Positions 63,260 through 64,000 of a stretch of DNA of 64,000 nucleotides are shown one piece after another. A model generated the notes under the pieces. The model did not search any database. It had not been told where the DNA came from and was given only the letters and a program-made list of their open reading frames with translations. This DNA comes from Felis catus. Taxonomy: Eukaryota. The stretch spans positions 25,050,001 to 25,114,000 of the forward strand of contig NC_058369.1 of the NCBI RefSeq assembly GCF_018350175.1. The letters run 5' to 3'. A program made the position numbers and the translations under genes. The number at the start of each line of letters is the position of its first letter. The first letter of the stretch is position 1.

Positions 63260-63295
63260 CCTCCCTCCCTCCCTCCCTCCCTCCCTCCCTCTCTC
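63212..63295. repeat. (CT)n(CCCT)n polypyrimidine tract
   Basis: Read directly. Confidence 0.95.
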
Positions 63296-64000
63296 AGCTA
63301 ACTGGAGGAGTTGTAGCAAATATTTGCATAAGGAAGGGTGGAAATTCTGAGCTCAGCACTGTCCCAATCAGATGGGGACCAGATGTGCAGTGAGCACCTG
63401 ATGGAAGCACTTAGTAACAGTACTCCAGGGTCCCACCTCCCAGGGTCCCATCTTCTTATTCTCATCATTCTGTTCTGGTTTTACTCATAATGTTCCCTCT
63501 AGAACTGCCCCCACCCAAACCATCCTCTTGGCTTCTCTCCATGAGTGTATGTACAGCACCCATGGGTCTGGTGAGAGACAGACACGGCATCACCCCTTGC
63601 CCAGGAAGATGGGGGAATCAGGAGGGTTGGTAGCACCAAGGGCCTCTGTCTCCTTAGATGAGCGTGGGAACCAAGAGACCCAGCCTGCACTTAATAACGA
63701 CAACTTCTAAAAGGGCTAAATCACTTGGTAGGTAGGAAGAATGTCATCCAAGGGCCACCAGCTCTTCCTGAACCTCTCCTCAGCCAAAATCCCAGAACCC
63801 CCAAAAGGAAAACCATAAACCCTACTCCTAATGCCTTGAGGAGTAATGTAGATCTGGAGTGAATGTTTCCAGGGAAGACAAGGAGGGGGTTACAATACAA
63901 TTCATTCAGTGAGATTTTCCTTAAAATTATTTTGAAACATCTCATCTTTTTTCCAAACTCCTTATTAAGATGCCAACCACTCCCTCTCTTCCCTCGGGCC

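Overview
This is mammalian, not microbial, DNA. The dense Can-SINEs, including several near-identical young felid-type copies, indicate a cat-family (Felidae) genome. The window lies inside the 5' region of ARHGEF3 (XPLN, a RhoA/RhoB GEF), which is transcribed on the minus strand. A 63-nt internal coding exon at 39-101 encodes RKRKQSTQDEDAVSLCSLDIS. A phase-compatible alternative first coding exon in a GC-rich, repeat-poor promoter-like region ends at a CAG|GTAAGC donor at 35650 and encodes MRSERPMVWCCFFVRAQ. The rest is intronic: about 37 Can-SINEs, L1/L2/MIR fragments, solo ERVL/MaLR LTRs, hAT and Tigger MITEs, and microsatellites. Almost all ORFs in the six-frame track are artefacts of these repeats. 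I see no new multi-gene system. The best second-look items are: the WCCFF plus RKRK N-terminus assembled by splicing; a strong unexplained minus-strand donor at 4968 beside a 57-bp tandem duplication; a SINE carrying a ~165-bp CpG-rich foreign insert with tandem CTCF-like motifs; and a 61-bp fold-back palindrome at 52973-53033. Gene and repeat-family names come from recalled sequences, not database searches, and repeat boundaries are approximate.
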